Shown here in pieces: positions 19,607 through 29,092 of a DNA stretch of 53,212 bases (the first letter of the stretch is position 1; each line of letters begins with the position of its first letter). The DNA comes from Candidatus Methylomirabilota bacterium (lineage in GTDB: Bacteria > Methylomirabilota > Methylomirabilia > Rokubacteriales > CSP1-6). A program made the position numbers and the translations under genes. A model generated the notes under the pieces. It did no database searches. It saw only the letters and a list, made by a program, of their open reading frames with translations, and was not told where the DNA came from. The stretch lies in the NCBI GenBank assembly GCA_046726415.1, contig JBKPAK010000214.1:1-53212 (forward strand), given 5' to 3'.

Positions 19607-21772
19607 ATGAAGATGAAGAACGCACTGTCTTTGGGGGTGGTGGCGGTCGCGATCGCCGTGGTCTGGGCCAGCTCGGCGGTCACGCTTCACGCCCAGCAAG
19701 CCGCAAGCGGAGCGGTGCGCATCGACAACGACGATATCGGCGGCGTGGTCATGGGGCCGAACGGGCCTGAGGCCAGCGTGTGGGTGATCGCCGAAACGAC
19801 CGATCTTCCCACCAAGTTCGCCAGGATCGTGGTCACGGACGACCTGGGCCGGTACGTGGTGCCCGATCTTCCGAAAGTCCGGTACACGGTGTGGGTGCGC
19901 GGCTACGGCCTCGTCGATTCACCGAAGGTCGACGGCGAGCCCGGCAAGCACTTGAATCTCAGGGCGGTACCGGCGCCCAATGCGGCCGCGGCGGCGCAGT
20001 ACTACCCGGCGATCTACTGGTACTCGATGCTGAAGATCCCGGAGGCGAGCCAATTCGGCGGCCAGAGCAACATTCCCGCGAACGTCACCCAGAGCGACTG
20101 GCTCATCGTGGTGAAGAATCGGTCCTGTATCGGCTGCCATCAGCTGGGCCAGCTGTCCACCCGCACCATCCCCGCGGCGCTCGGCGAGTTGAACTCTTCG
20201 GAAGCGGCGTGGATACGCCGCGTGCAGTCCGGACAAGCGGGGCCGTTGATGTTGAACCCGCTGACCGGGCCGCTCGGCAGCGCGCCGTTCAAGTACTTCG
20301 CTGATTGGACCGACCGCATCGCCAAGGGCGAGCTGCCGCACAGCACGCCGACGCGGCCACAAGGCGTCGAGCGCAACATCGTCGTCACCACCTGGGAGTG
20401 GGGGGACCCGAAGAAGTACCTCCACGACCTGATCGCCTCGGATCGGCGCTACCCGACCGTGAACGCCTACGGCCCGGTCTACGGCTCTCCCGAATACAGC
20501 ACGGACCTGTACCCGATTCTCGATCCCAAGGCGCATACCGTGACGACCTTCAAGGCCCCGGTGCGCGATGCCGACACGCCCGAGGCGCTCGGACCCGGGC
20601 ACGCCGCGATCGCCAAGCCCATGGCGCCGTCGCCCTACTGGGGCGAGGAGAAGATCTGGGACAGCAAGGCCAACAATCACAATGGCATGTTCGACAGGAA
20701 GGGCAGGGTCTGGTTCGCGGCGACGGTGCGCGGAGCCAACAACCCGGACTTCTGCAAGAAGGGCTCGGACCATTCCTCGGCCAAGCTGTTCCCGCTGGAG
20801 AGGACGAACCGCTCGCTCGCCATGCTGGATCCGAAGACGATGAAATACACGTTCGTCGACACGTGCTTCCAGACCCATCACCTTCAGTTCGGCTACGACG
20901 CCAACGACACGCTGTGGACCAGCGGCGGCGGTCCGGTCATCGGCTGGGTCAACACCAAGATGCTCGACGAGATGGGCGATGCGGTGAAGTCGCAAGGGTG
21001 GACGGCGTTCGTCCTCGACACCAACGGCAACGGCAAGCGCGACGCCTACGTCGAGCCCGACGAGCCTGTCGATCCCGCCAAGGACAAGCGCATCGGCGGC
21101 GGCTTCTATGCCGTGATGCCGAGCCCCGTCGACGGGTCGATATGGGGCTCTGTCGGGGTCTTCGCCGGTACGGCAGCAGTCGTGCGGCTCGTTCCTGGGC
21201 CGAACCCGCCGGCGACCGCGCTGGCGGAAATCTACAACGTGCCGAGACCTTACTTCGGCATCCGCGGCGCCGATATCGACAGGCGGGGCGTCGTGTGGGC
21301 CTCACTCGGGAGCGGCCACATCGGCAGCTTCGACCGGCGCAAATGCAAGGGGCCGCTCAATGGGCCGAAGGCCACCGGTGATCACTGCCCGGAGGGCTGG
21401 GCGTTCTACCAGTACCCCGGCCCCGGCTTCCAGGGGATCGGGGAGAACAGCGCCGAGTCGAGCTACTACACCTGGGTCGACCAGCACAACACGTTCGGGC
21501 TCGGCGAGGATGTGCCGATGTCGACCGCCAACCTCAACGACGGCCTGGTCGCGCTCAAGGACGGCAAGATGGTCCTGTTGCGCGTCCCCTACCCGCTGGG
21601 CTTCTACGCCAAGGGGTTCGACGGGCGCATCGACGACCCCAACGCCGGCTGGAAAGGCAGAGGCCTGTGGACGACCAGCGGAGACCGGACGCCGTGGCTC
21701 ATGGAAGGCGGCAAAGGGAAGAAGCCCATCGTGGTGCACTTCCAGCTCCGCCCCGATCCGCTCGCGCACTGA
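19607..21772 (+). CDS. Secreted protein: carboxypeptidase-regulatory-like domain, CXXCH heme site and beta-propeller-like C-terminus; function unknown
   Basis: Signal peptide, VWVRGYGLVDS, CIGCH, DRKGRVW-type blades, DTNGNGKRD Ca-loop-like motif; RBS AAGGAG. Confidence 0.78.
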   Translation: MKMKNALSLGVVAVAIAVVWASSAVTLHAQQAASGAVRIDNDDIGGVVMGPNGPEASVWVIAETTDLPTKFARIVVTDDLGRYVVPDLPKVRYTVWVRGYGLVDSPKVDGEPGKHLNLRAVPAPNAAAAAQYYPAIYWYSMLKIPEASQFGGQSNIPANVTQSDWLIVVKNRSCIGCHQLGQLSTRTIPAALGELNSSEAAWIRRVQSGQAGPLMLNPLTGPLGSAPFKYFADWTDRIAKGELPHSTPTRPQGVERNIVVTTWEWGDPKKYLHDLIASDRRYPTVNAYGPVYGSPEYSTDLYPILDPKAHTVTTFKAPVRDADTPEALGPGHAAIAKPMAPSPYWGEEKIWDSKANNHNGMFDRKGRVWFAATVRGANNPDFCKKGSDHSSAKLFPLERTNRSLAMLDPKTMKYTFVDTCFQTHHLQFGYDANDTLWTSGGGPVIGWVNTKMLDEMGDAVKSQGWTAFVLDTNGNGKRDAYVEPDEPVDPAKDKRIGGGFYAVMPSPVDGSIWGSVGVFAGTAAVVRLVPGPNPPATALAEIYNVPRPYFGIRGADIDRRGVVWASLGSGHIGSFDRRKCKGPLNGPKATGDHCPEGWAFYQYPGPGFQGIGENSAESSYYTWVDQHNTFGLGEDVPMSTANLNDGLVALKDGKMVLLRVPYPLGFYAKGFDGRIDDPNAGWKGRGLWTTSGDRTPWLMEGGKGKKPIVVHFQLRPDPLAH

Positions 21773-21786
21773 TCGACGCAACGAAC

Positions 21787-21811
21787 GCCGCCGCCCCCTG
21801 GGGGCGGCGGC
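21787..21811. terminator. GC-rich hairpin between convergent genes, possible bidirectional terminator
   Basis: GCCGCCGCCCC-CTG-GGGGCGGCGGC perfect 11-bp stem; no U-tract. Confidence 0.55.
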
Positions 21812-21817
21812 CACCGC

Positions 21818-24712
21818 TCAGGGAATGTCCTCCAGAAGGCGCCGGGCGGCGCGGAGGTCGGCTGTGACCAAACCCTCCGTGAACCATTCGTAGACGCCGG
21901 CGAGCAGGCTTCGCGCGTCTTCGTGCTTGCCCTGCCCTCGCCAGAACCGCGCCAGGCTTGTCGCCGCACGAAGCTCGAGCGACTTCTCGGCTCGCCCGCG
22001 GGCCAGGTCGATCGCCGTGCGAAAGTGGCGCTCGGCATCGTCCGTGAGAGGGGGCAAGCGCAGCAGCGCCAGCTCGCCCTCGATCCGGTGGATCTCGGGC
22101 GCGTAGAAGGCCCCGCGGGCCTCCGCGGGGATCGACGCCAGCGCGCCGAGCGCCTCCTCGACACGCTCGCCCTCGGCGTGGATCTCGGCCAGCGCGCAGA
22201 GGCAGAAGGCTTGTCGCCAGATGGCGCCACCGGTCCAGGCCGACACCAGCCGCCGGTGCAGCTCGGCGAGCGCCTGCGTATCCGGGCGCTGTTCGCTCCC
22301 GATACGGGTCAGGGAGAGTGCGGCATCGGGCCAGCCTGTGAACCCGTGCTCGGTCGACATCACGATCGCACGGTGGGCGGTTGCCGCCGCCATGTCGCGT
22401 TCGCCTCGCTGGTAGTGAACCCATGCGCTGAACCAGAGCGCGTTGACCGTCGTCAGGGGGTGCGCTTGCGCCTCGACGAGGCGGAGCGCGTCGTGCAGGG
22501 CGAGGACAGCGCGGTCCGGGTAGCCGAGCAGCCAGCGCGTCAGCGCCAGGTAGTAGTGGCAGCACACGCCGGGATCGTGGCCGCCGTACAGGAACGGCGG
22601 CGAGGCAGGCCGATCGCGGTCGTAGAGGGCCAGGCCTTGTTCGATGTGGAGGATCGCCGCCGCCGGCTGGCCCATGGCGGAGAGCGTCGGCCACAGGGCG
22701 TGGTGAGCTTCCAGGAGTTGTTCGCCGCTGTCGCCCCGGTGTGCGACTTCGAGCAGGCGCTGGCCGGCCTCGCGCGCAGCTCCGTAGCGCCCGCGACTGT
22801 AGTTGACGAACCAGAGACCCCAGAGGACCGGGAACCGCCGCGACTCGTCGCCCAGTCGATCCACAAGCTCCCGCGCGTTCAGATACGAGTCCTCGACCTC
22901 CGCCGAGCCTGCGCCCTTGAGCGCGATGAGGGCCGGCGACAGGGCGATGCGCGTCTCGATGGTTTCGGCCAGGACCTCCGGCGTCCCCGGGAGCTTCTGC
23001 AGAAGCGCCAGCGCCCGGGTGAGATGGGCGATGGCTTCGCGGTACGCGCTCTGTAAGACTGCTTTCTCCCCCGCCGACCGCAGATACCGAACCGCCCGGG
23101 GGTAGTCTCGTCCGCGCTCGAAGTGCACCGCCAGCTCGGTCGCGATGACGCTGGCCCGGTCTCCGTATCCCGCTTCCTCTCGCTCACCGATCCGCTGATG
23201 CCATCGCGCCTGTCGCGCCACGCCGATCCGCTCGTAGGCGACTTCTTGGTACAGCCCGTGGATGAATCCGCAGCGTACGGCCACCGTTCCATCGGGCCAG
23301 TGCGTGTGGTCCGTCAGCTGCAAGAACTGACCGCGCCGGGACAATCGCGTACACACCTCTTCGACACGAATCAGGTCCTCCTCGACTGCCGCCGCCACCG
23401 CCGCCGTCGAGAACTCCAGGCCGGCGACACTGGCGGCCTCGATCACGCGGCGCTCCAGCGGATCCAGGCGATCGATCTCTCGGTCGATCATCCGGACGAC
23501 GTTCTCGGGCACCCCGACGCCCACCTCGTCCAGCGCCACTGTCAACCGCCACCGTCCGTCGACTTGGCGCACCGTGCCTCGCTCCACGAGCGACTCGACG
23601 ACGTTCACCATGAATAGCGGGTTTCCGTCGGTGCGCTGGTGAATGAGCGTCGCCAACCCCGGCGGGAAACGATGCCATGGGCACCGGTCAGCGAGATACT
23701 CGCTGACCGCGGGCTCGACCAGGTAGGCCAGCGACAGCCCGTGGCCCTGGCCATGCAGGAGCAAGTCCTCCTCGACGGCTGCGAGCGGGTGCTCGCCGAC
23801 CTGAACCTCGACCGGTCGATACGTGCCCAGCAGGAGCAACCTGGCCGGGCCGGACCGTCGCGCCAGATAGGAGATCAAATCCAGCGTCGAATAGTCGGCC
23901 CAGTGAAGGTCCTCGAACCAGAGCACGAGGAGACGCTCTCTGCTCAACGCCTCCAGCGCCTCCGCCATTTCGCGCAGCATTCGCTCGGGCATTGCGCCGG
24001 CCGCCTGACGCCGTAGAGTCGCCCACTCGGCCGCGGTCAGAAGCCCCGGCATCTGGGCGAGCCAGGAAGGGGCCTGCCGGATCAGGACCTCGACGATTCG
24101 CTCGCCGCCAAGGCCTCGACCCAGCCGGCCCAGCGCCTCCAGCACGGGCAGGTACGCTTCACCAGCCCCATAGGGCTCGATGCACTGTCCCCAGGTGAGC
24201 CAGAGATCGCCCTGGTCCTGGAGTTGGTCCAGGAACGCTTTCACCAGGGTCGTCTTGCCGATCCCCGGTTCTCCCGTTACGAGGACAACTTGGCGCTGCC
24301 CACCCAGTGCTCGCTCCAGCGACTGGTGGAGGCGCGCCAGCTCCACCTGTCGGCCGACGAAGCTTGACGTCAAAGATGTGAGGAGGCGCGGAGAGCTCTG
24401 AGCGGGAGCGTGGTGAACCGCGGCAATGAACCGATACCCCCGCCGGTGCACCGTCTCGATGAAGCGGGGCGCCTTCACGTTGTCGCCCAGCGCCTGCCGG
24501 ATCTCGCGCAAGTGCGTCTTGAGCACCGCCTCGCCCACATGCACCCCTGCCCACAGGGCGTCGAGGAGGTCGTCCTTGGTGACCAGACGCTGCGGCCGCT
24601 CGAGGAGGTAGCGCAGGACGGCAAACGTCTTGGGCTTGAGCGCGACGAGATGCCTTCCCCGCCAGAGCTGCTCGTTGGCGGGGTCGAGGCGGAACGGGGG
24701 GAAGGAAATCAC
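21818..24712 (-). CDS. Transcriptional regulator: OmpR/ToxR-type winged helix + AAA/STAND-type ATPase + TPR-like helical repeats
   Basis: FRLDP...LVTKDDLLDALW...IETVHRRGYRF; FVGR; Walker A GEPGIGKT; EDLHWAD; GNPLF; C-terminal LELRAA...WFTEG. Confidence 0.92.
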   Translation of the reverse strand: MISFPPFRLDPANEQLWRGRHLVALKPKTFAVLRYLLERPQRLVTKDDLLDALWAGVHVGEAVLKTHLREIRQALGDNVKAPRFIETVHRRGYRFIAAVHHAPAQSSPRLLTSLTSSFVGRQVELARLHQSLERALGGQRQVVLVTGEPGIGKTTLVKAFLDQLQDQGDLWLTWGQCIEPYGAGEAYLPVLEALGRLGRGLGGERIVEVLIRQAPSWLAQMPGLLTAAEWATLRRQAAGAMPERMLREMAEALEALSRERLLVLWFEDLHWADYSTLDLISYLARRSGPARLLLLGTYRPVEVQVGEHPLAAVEEDLLLHGQGHGLSLAYLVEPAVSEYLADRCPWHRFPPGLATLIHQRTDGNPLFMVNVVESLVERGTVRQVDGRWRLTVALDEVGVGVPENVVRMIDREIDRLDPLERRVIEAASVAGLEFSTAAVAAAVEEDLIRVEEVCTRLSRRGQFLQLTDHTHWPDGTVAVRCGFIHGLYQEVAYERIGVARQARWHQRIGEREEAGYGDRASVIATELAVHFERGRDYPRAVRYLRSAGEKAVLQSAYREAIAHLTRALALLQKLPGTPEVLAETIETRIALSPALIALKGAGSAEVEDSYLNARELVDRLGDESRRFPVLWGLWFVNYSRGRYGAAREAGQRLLEVAHRGDSGEQLLEAHHALWPTLSAMGQPAAAILHIEQGLALYDRDRPASPPFLYGGHDPGVCCHYYLALTRWLLGYPDRAVLALHDALRLVEAQAHPLTTVNALWFSAWVHYQRGERDMAAATAHRAIVMSTEHGFTGWPDAALSLTRIGSEQRPDTQALAELHRRLVSAWTGGAIWRQAFCLCALAEIHAEGERVEEALGALASIPAEARGAFYAPEIHRIEGELALLRLPPLTDDAERHFRTAIDLARGRAEKSLELRAATSLARFWRGQGKHEDARSLLAGVYEWFTEGLVTADLRAARRLLEDIP

Positions 24713-24734
24713 CGGGTTTTCCTGGCGGCCGCCG

Positions 24735-24762
24735 TTTACCGAACGCTTACCGCTTGCTCATG
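24735..24762. promoter_or_regulatory. 11-bp-periodic direct repeat, candidate winged-helix regulator binding site
   Basis: TTACCG at 24736 and 24747, with a degenerate third unit at 24757, in the divergent intergenic region. Confidence 0.45.
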
Positions 24763-24857
24763 ACTCCCTTCGGAGTCCCGCTACTCTCTCCGCATATGGT
24801 GAACGCTGTCAAGCGGCAGCCGGGTGGCTGCTCGACGACCCGCCCTAGGAGGCGCCC

Positions 24858-26456
24858 ATGTCTTACCCGAGATCCCTCCGCTCCCTCGCCCTGGCCGCGC
24901 TCGTGCTCGTCACCGCCGGGGCCGCCGCCGGCCAGCAGTCCGCGGGCGAGAAGCTCGGCACCGTGAACTTCCCCGTGTCTTGCAGCCCGGCCGCCCAGGC
25001 GGAGTTCATCCGGGCGGTGGCTGCGCTGCATTCGTTCTGGTTCGACACCTCGCGCAAGGCCTTCGAGGCGGTGACCGCCGCCGACAGCGGTTGCAGCATG
25101 GCCGGCTGGGGCGTGGCCATGACCTTGCTGGGCAATCCTTTGGCCTCCCCGCCATCACCGAAGGCGTTGCAGGACGGTTGGGTCGCGGTCGAGAAGGGTC
25201 GGGCGATGGGCCCACGCACCCAGCGCGAGCGCGACTACATTGAGGCCATCGCCGCCTTCTACAGAGACGCCGACACCGTGGATCACCGCACGCGCGCGCT
25301 GGCCTACGAGAAGGCGATGGACCAGGTCGCCGCGCGCTATCCCGACGACCGTGAGGCGGCCATCTTCTACGCCCTGGCCCTCAATGTCACGCTGGTGGCG
25401 ACCGACAAGACGTACGCCAACCAGCTCAAGGCCGCCGCCATCCTCGAGAAGGTCTTCGCCGAGCAGCCGAACCATCCTGGCGTCGCTCACTATCTGATTC
25501 ACAGCTACGACTTCCCGCCGCTCGCCCACAAGGGTCTCAACGCGGCCCGGCGCTATGCGGCGATCGCGCCCTCGGCCCCGCACGCGCTGCACATGCCCTC
25601 GCACATCTTCACGCGCCTGGGTTACTGGGGGGAGTCGGTGGACTCCAACCGGGCCTCGGCCGCGGTCGCGAAGGATCACGGGAACTGGCTCCACGCCATG
25701 GACTACATGACCTATGGCTATCTGCAGATGGCGCAGGACGGCGAGGCCAAGAGCGCCCTGGATGCCGTGCAGGCGCTTGGCCTACCCAACAACGAGTACA
25801 TCGGGAGCGCCTACGCGTTCGCCGCCGTCCCGGCGCGCTACGCACTCGAACGGCGACGCTGGTCCGAGGCCGCGGCGCTCAGCCTCCACCCGCGCGAGTT
25901 CCCGTGGAGCCGCTGGCCCATGGCCGAGGCCGTGAACGCGTACGCGCGCGGCCTGGGCGCGGCTCGCAGCGGCGACGCCACCGGCGCGCGCCGGGAGGCG
26001 GATCGGCTGTCGGCGCTCCGCGACGTGCTGGCGACCGCCAAGCAAAGCTACTGGGCCGAGCAGACCGAGATCCAGCGCCAGGCGGTACTGGCCTGGGCCA
26101 CCCGGGTCGAGGGCAAGCACGAGGAGGCGCTCAACCTCATGCTCAAGGCCGTCGAGCTCGAGGGCAAGACCGAGAAGCATCCGGTCACGCCAGGCCCGAT
26201 CGTGCCGCCGCGCGAGCTACTGGGGGATATGCTGCTCGAGATGAACCAGCCCGCCCAGGCGCTCCAGGCCTTCGAAGCCTCGGCGCGCGTGGAGCCCAAC
26301 CGATTCCACGGATCGGCGGGGGCCGCCCGGGCCGCCGAGCTGGCGGGCGACCGCGAGCGGGCCCGCGAACACTATGCCAAGCTCCTGACGATCGCCGCGA
26401 AGGCGGACAGCGAGCGGCTGGAGCTGCGCCAGGCCAAGGCCTTCCTCGGACGGTAG
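24858..26456 (+). CDS. Secreted TPR-repeat protein
   Basis: Signal peptide, GTVNFPVSC, HPGVAHYLIH, HALHMPSHIF, helical repeats; RBS AGGAGG. Confidence 0.85.
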   Translation: MSYPRSLRSLALAALVLVTAGAAAGQQSAGEKLGTVNFPVSCSPAAQAEFIRAVAALHSFWFDTSRKAFEAVTAADSGCSMAGWGVAMTLLGNPLASPPSPKALQDGWVAVEKGRAMGPRTQRERDYIEAIAAFYRDADTVDHRTRALAYEKAMDQVAARYPDDREAAIFYALALNVTLVATDKTYANQLKAAAILEKVFAEQPNHPGVAHYLIHSYDFPPLAHKGLNAARRYAAIAPSAPHALHMPSHIFTRLGYWGESVDSNRASAAVAKDHGNWLHAMDYMTYGYLQMAQDGEAKSALDAVQALGLPNNEYIGSAYAFAAVPARYALERRRWSEAAALSLHPREFPWSRWPMAEAVNAYARGLGAARSGDATGARREADRLSALRDVLATAKQSYWAEQTEIQRQAVLAWATRVEGKHEEALNLMLKAVELEGKTEKHPVTPGPIVPPRELLGDMLLEMNQPAQALQAFEASARVEPNRFHGSAGAARAAELAGDRERAREHYAKLLTIAAKADSERLELRQAKAFLGR

Positions 26457-26461
26457 GCGAA

Positions 26462-26983
26462 TTGCTCGTCACACTGTCGGCGACGTTGACGCCAGTCTCG
26501 CGTGGGGCGGCGGTCGCCTGCCTGCTTGCCTTACTTATCGCGCCGCCAGCGACCGGGCAGAGCAGGCGGACACTCACCGACTGGCAGCGCGATCTCCGAG
26601 ACCCCTCGGCAGACGTTCGTGCCCGCGCCGCCCAGGGGCTGGCGGCCTTCGATCAGCGCGCCGTGGCGGCGCTCACCGGGGCCCTCGGCGACGGCGAGTA
26701 CAAGGTCCGCGCGAGCGCGGCGGAGGCGCTCGTGAAGATCGGGCCCGGCCCTGTCGTGCCCAGCATGATCGAGGCCCTTCGGAACGCCGAGGCTGCTGTT
26801 CGTGCCAACGCCGCGGTCGTGCTCGGCGCCTTCGGGCCGGCGGCGAAGTCGGCCGTCCCCGCGCTCGCGCGAGCGCTCAAGGACGCGAACCCTCGAGTGC
26901 GGGAGCTGGCGGGCGATGCGCTGAGCCGGATCGCGTCTAGCGAATCGAAGCAGCCGGCCTCGTTCCTGCTGAACTGCCACTGA
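26462..26983 (+). CDS. HEAT/PBS-lyase repeat protein with N-terminal signal or anchor (start uncertain)
   Basis: Repeats LRDPSADVRARAAQGL, LGDGEYKVRASAAEAL, LKDANPRVRELAGDAL. Confidence 0.8.
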   Translation: MLVTLSATLTPVSRGAAVACLLALLIAPPATGQSRRTLTDWQRDLRDPSADVRARAAQGLAAFDQRAVAALTGALGDGEYKVRASAAEALVKIGPGPVVPSMIEALRNAEAAVRANAAVVLGAFGPAAKSAVPALARALKDANPRVRELAGDALSRIASSESKQPASFLLNCH

Positions 26984-26993
26984 GAGGCGAGGC

Positions 26994-27976
26994 TCACGGC
27001 TGCTTCAGCTTGACGTCCTCCAGCGGTCCCGAGTACGCGAAGCTCCGGATCAGGTTGATGCCCGGCTCCTCCACGCGCGGGCCGACGCCCCAGATGAACG
27101 CCAGCTCATAGATCGGGATGTGGGTGACCACTGGTCCGGGAGATCGAGCCAGAAGACCGAGGGAGCTACCGCGCGAGAGACCAGCTTGAATCCGGGACTC
27201 CGCTGAATGTCCTCGGCGACGGGGCCGGTCAAGAGATAGGCGATGTCCACCTCGCCGTTCTTGAGGGCGGCCGCGCGCGTCGTCTCCTCCGGCAGGCTCC
27301 GGTAGACGAGCCGTTTGACGCTGGGGACCTTGCGCCAGTACCCCTCGAACGCTTCCATCACCAGCTCGATCCCCGGGTTGAAGCTCACGAACTTGTACGG
27401 TCCGGCGCCGATCGGCGCTTTCTTGAACCCGTCATCGCCCACTTTCTCGACGTAAGCCCTGGGCACGATCCATGCCGCGCCGCTGGCCGTCGTGCCGTAG
27501 AACGCCATGAAGTCCGGCTAGGGATCCTTCAGGTGGAAGCGCACGCGGCCCGGATCCACGGCCTGGACCTCGCGCACGCGCTCCTTGAGGATCTTCACCC
27601 CCGAGCCCTTGTATCGCTCGAAGGAGAACTTCACGTCCGCGGCCGTGACCGGCTCGCCATTGTGGAACTTCGCGACCTTGCGAATGACGAACCCGTAGGT
27701 GAGCCCGTCCTTCGACTGCGTGAACGACTCCGCGAGGCTCGGAGTATAGAGGCCGGCCGGCATGGGCTTCACCAGCGCGTCGTGGAGGGCGTAGAGCACC
27801 ATGAACGGCGTGGCGATTCCCTCGGTCTCGCCGGGGTCGAGCCAGCGGGAGGCCAGTGTGATGTGGACTCCCCAGGTCATGGTGCCTTCGGGAGGGGCCG
27901 CCGCCGAGCCGGCGGCCCCGAAGCCCAGGACGAGCGCCACCAAGACGATGACGACACGCGAGGTGAATGACCTCAT
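26994..27976 (-). pseudogene. ABC transporter substrate-binding protein (family 5) pseudogene
   Basis: Signal peptide, LDPGETEG, FHNGEPVTAADVKFS; in-frame TAG at 27518-27520 (KDP*PDF); after DLPDQW the sequence jumps out of frame to the C-terminus VTHIPIYELAFIWGVGPRVEE...LEDVKLKQP*. Confidence 0.88.
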
Positions 27977-27986
27977 GGGTTCCTCC

Positions 27987-28727
27987 CTAGAGTGCGCGTA
28001 CGGCACGAAGGACGTCGTCCGGGTCGGGTCGAACCTGGAAGTTCCTGCTGACCGAGAACCAGCGCACGATCCCGTCGCGATCCAGCACGACCGTCGCCGG
28101 CCGCGGAACGTCCTGCTTGTCCGCCCCTCCGCCCGCGTGCACCAGGCCATAGCGCCGCGTCACGGCGAGGTCGCGGTCGGCGAGGAACCGATAGCCGAGG
28201 CGCAGTCCGTCGGCGAGCTTCTGGCTCTGCTCGTTGGAATCAGGTGACACGGCGACGATCTCGACGCCGGCTCGCTCGACCTCTGACAGCTGGGCTCCAA
28301 GCCCTTGGAGCTCCGCCACGCAGAACGGTCACCAATATCCGCGGTAGAACACGAGCACGACCGGTTTCTTGTCGCGGTAGTCCGCGAGCGATACCGGCCG
28401 GCCCGCCGCATCGGGCAGCGTGAAGTCGGGCGGCCGCTCGCCCACCCGCAGCGCCGTCTGGGTGACCGGCACCCGCGCGGCGACGAAATTGAACCAGGCG
28501 CCGGCGACCAGCAAGAGGCTCGAGAACCCGAGCGCCAGCCAGGCGGGCCACCGCCGAGCCTGCGCGCGGACCACGGCCACTGCGGCGAGCGCCGTCGCCA
28601 GGGCGAGCGCCACCACGTAGCCCTCGGGGTGGTTCCGGACGACTGCGACCCGGAGGAGGAGCACATAGGCGGCGACGGCGCCGATCGCGACGACGACACT
28701 GAGGGCGGCGAGTCGTCCGGGGGTCAT
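27987..28727 (-). CDS. Membrane-anchored AhpC/TSA (peroxiredoxin-like) selenoprotein, UGA read as Sec in a U-P-F-C motif
   Basis: ORFs 28329..28916 and 27987..28319 are in frame across TGA 28329-28331: PPDFTLPD...VVLVFYRGYW-U-PFCVAEL...VAVSPD...FLAD...PATVVLDRDG; SECIS-like hairpin follows. Confidence 0.85.
28294..28311 (-). promoter_or_regulatory. Bacterial SECIS-like stem-loop
   Basis: mRNA GCUCCAA-GGGC-UUGGAGC, 7-bp stem with a G-led apical loop; 24 nt lie between the UGA and the loop. Confidence 0.75.
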
Positions 28728-28816
28728 AGCATGACGACCTGGTCGAAACCGCCGCCGCCGAATTCGGAGTCGTCCGGATCCGTCCTCACCGCCGCGCGCT
28801 GAACCCTGTCGACCAT
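28724..28816 (-). pseudogene. 30-codon remnant of a PIG-L/LmbE-family deacetylase
   Basis: MVDRVQRAAVRTDPDDSEFGGGGFDQVVML*; PDDSEFG resembles the HPDDxEFG motif; strong RBS; ATGA overlap with the peroxiredoxin-like start. Confidence 0.55.
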
Positions 28817-28922
28817 GACCCCTCCCGTGTCTGTCATGGCTCCCGATCGTGATGCCGCCGTCCAGCATACCGATCCGGGGGACCGGCGCGATAGAGTCGC
28901 GCGACGATCGGGTCACGCGGGC

Positions 28923-29033
28923 CTAGCGGCCGGTCGCTGCCTTCGTCGATTTCTCGAGCGCCTCGAGCACCTGGTCGATGGGGAAGCTCGCCCGGCGCTG
29001 CCGCGGCGGGAACTCCTTGTAGGAGGACAGGTA
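28923..29033 (-). pseudogene. C-terminal remnant of an arylsulfatase-like gene
   Basis: YLSSYKEFPPRQRRASFPIDQVLEALEK...* resembles the arylsulfatase tail FKEFPPRQKxASFxIDQ. Confidence 0.6.
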
Positions 29034-29092
29034 TATCGCCCGCGAAAAGGCTCTGGCCGCGGCCGCCGCCCGCGTCGACCAGGTGGCCCTCG

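Noticed and set aside
27518-27520. In-frame TAG as pyrrolysine or readthrough in the SBP gene
   Set aside because: The context fits Trp, and the same gene has an out-of-frame internal deletion, so it is a pseudogene
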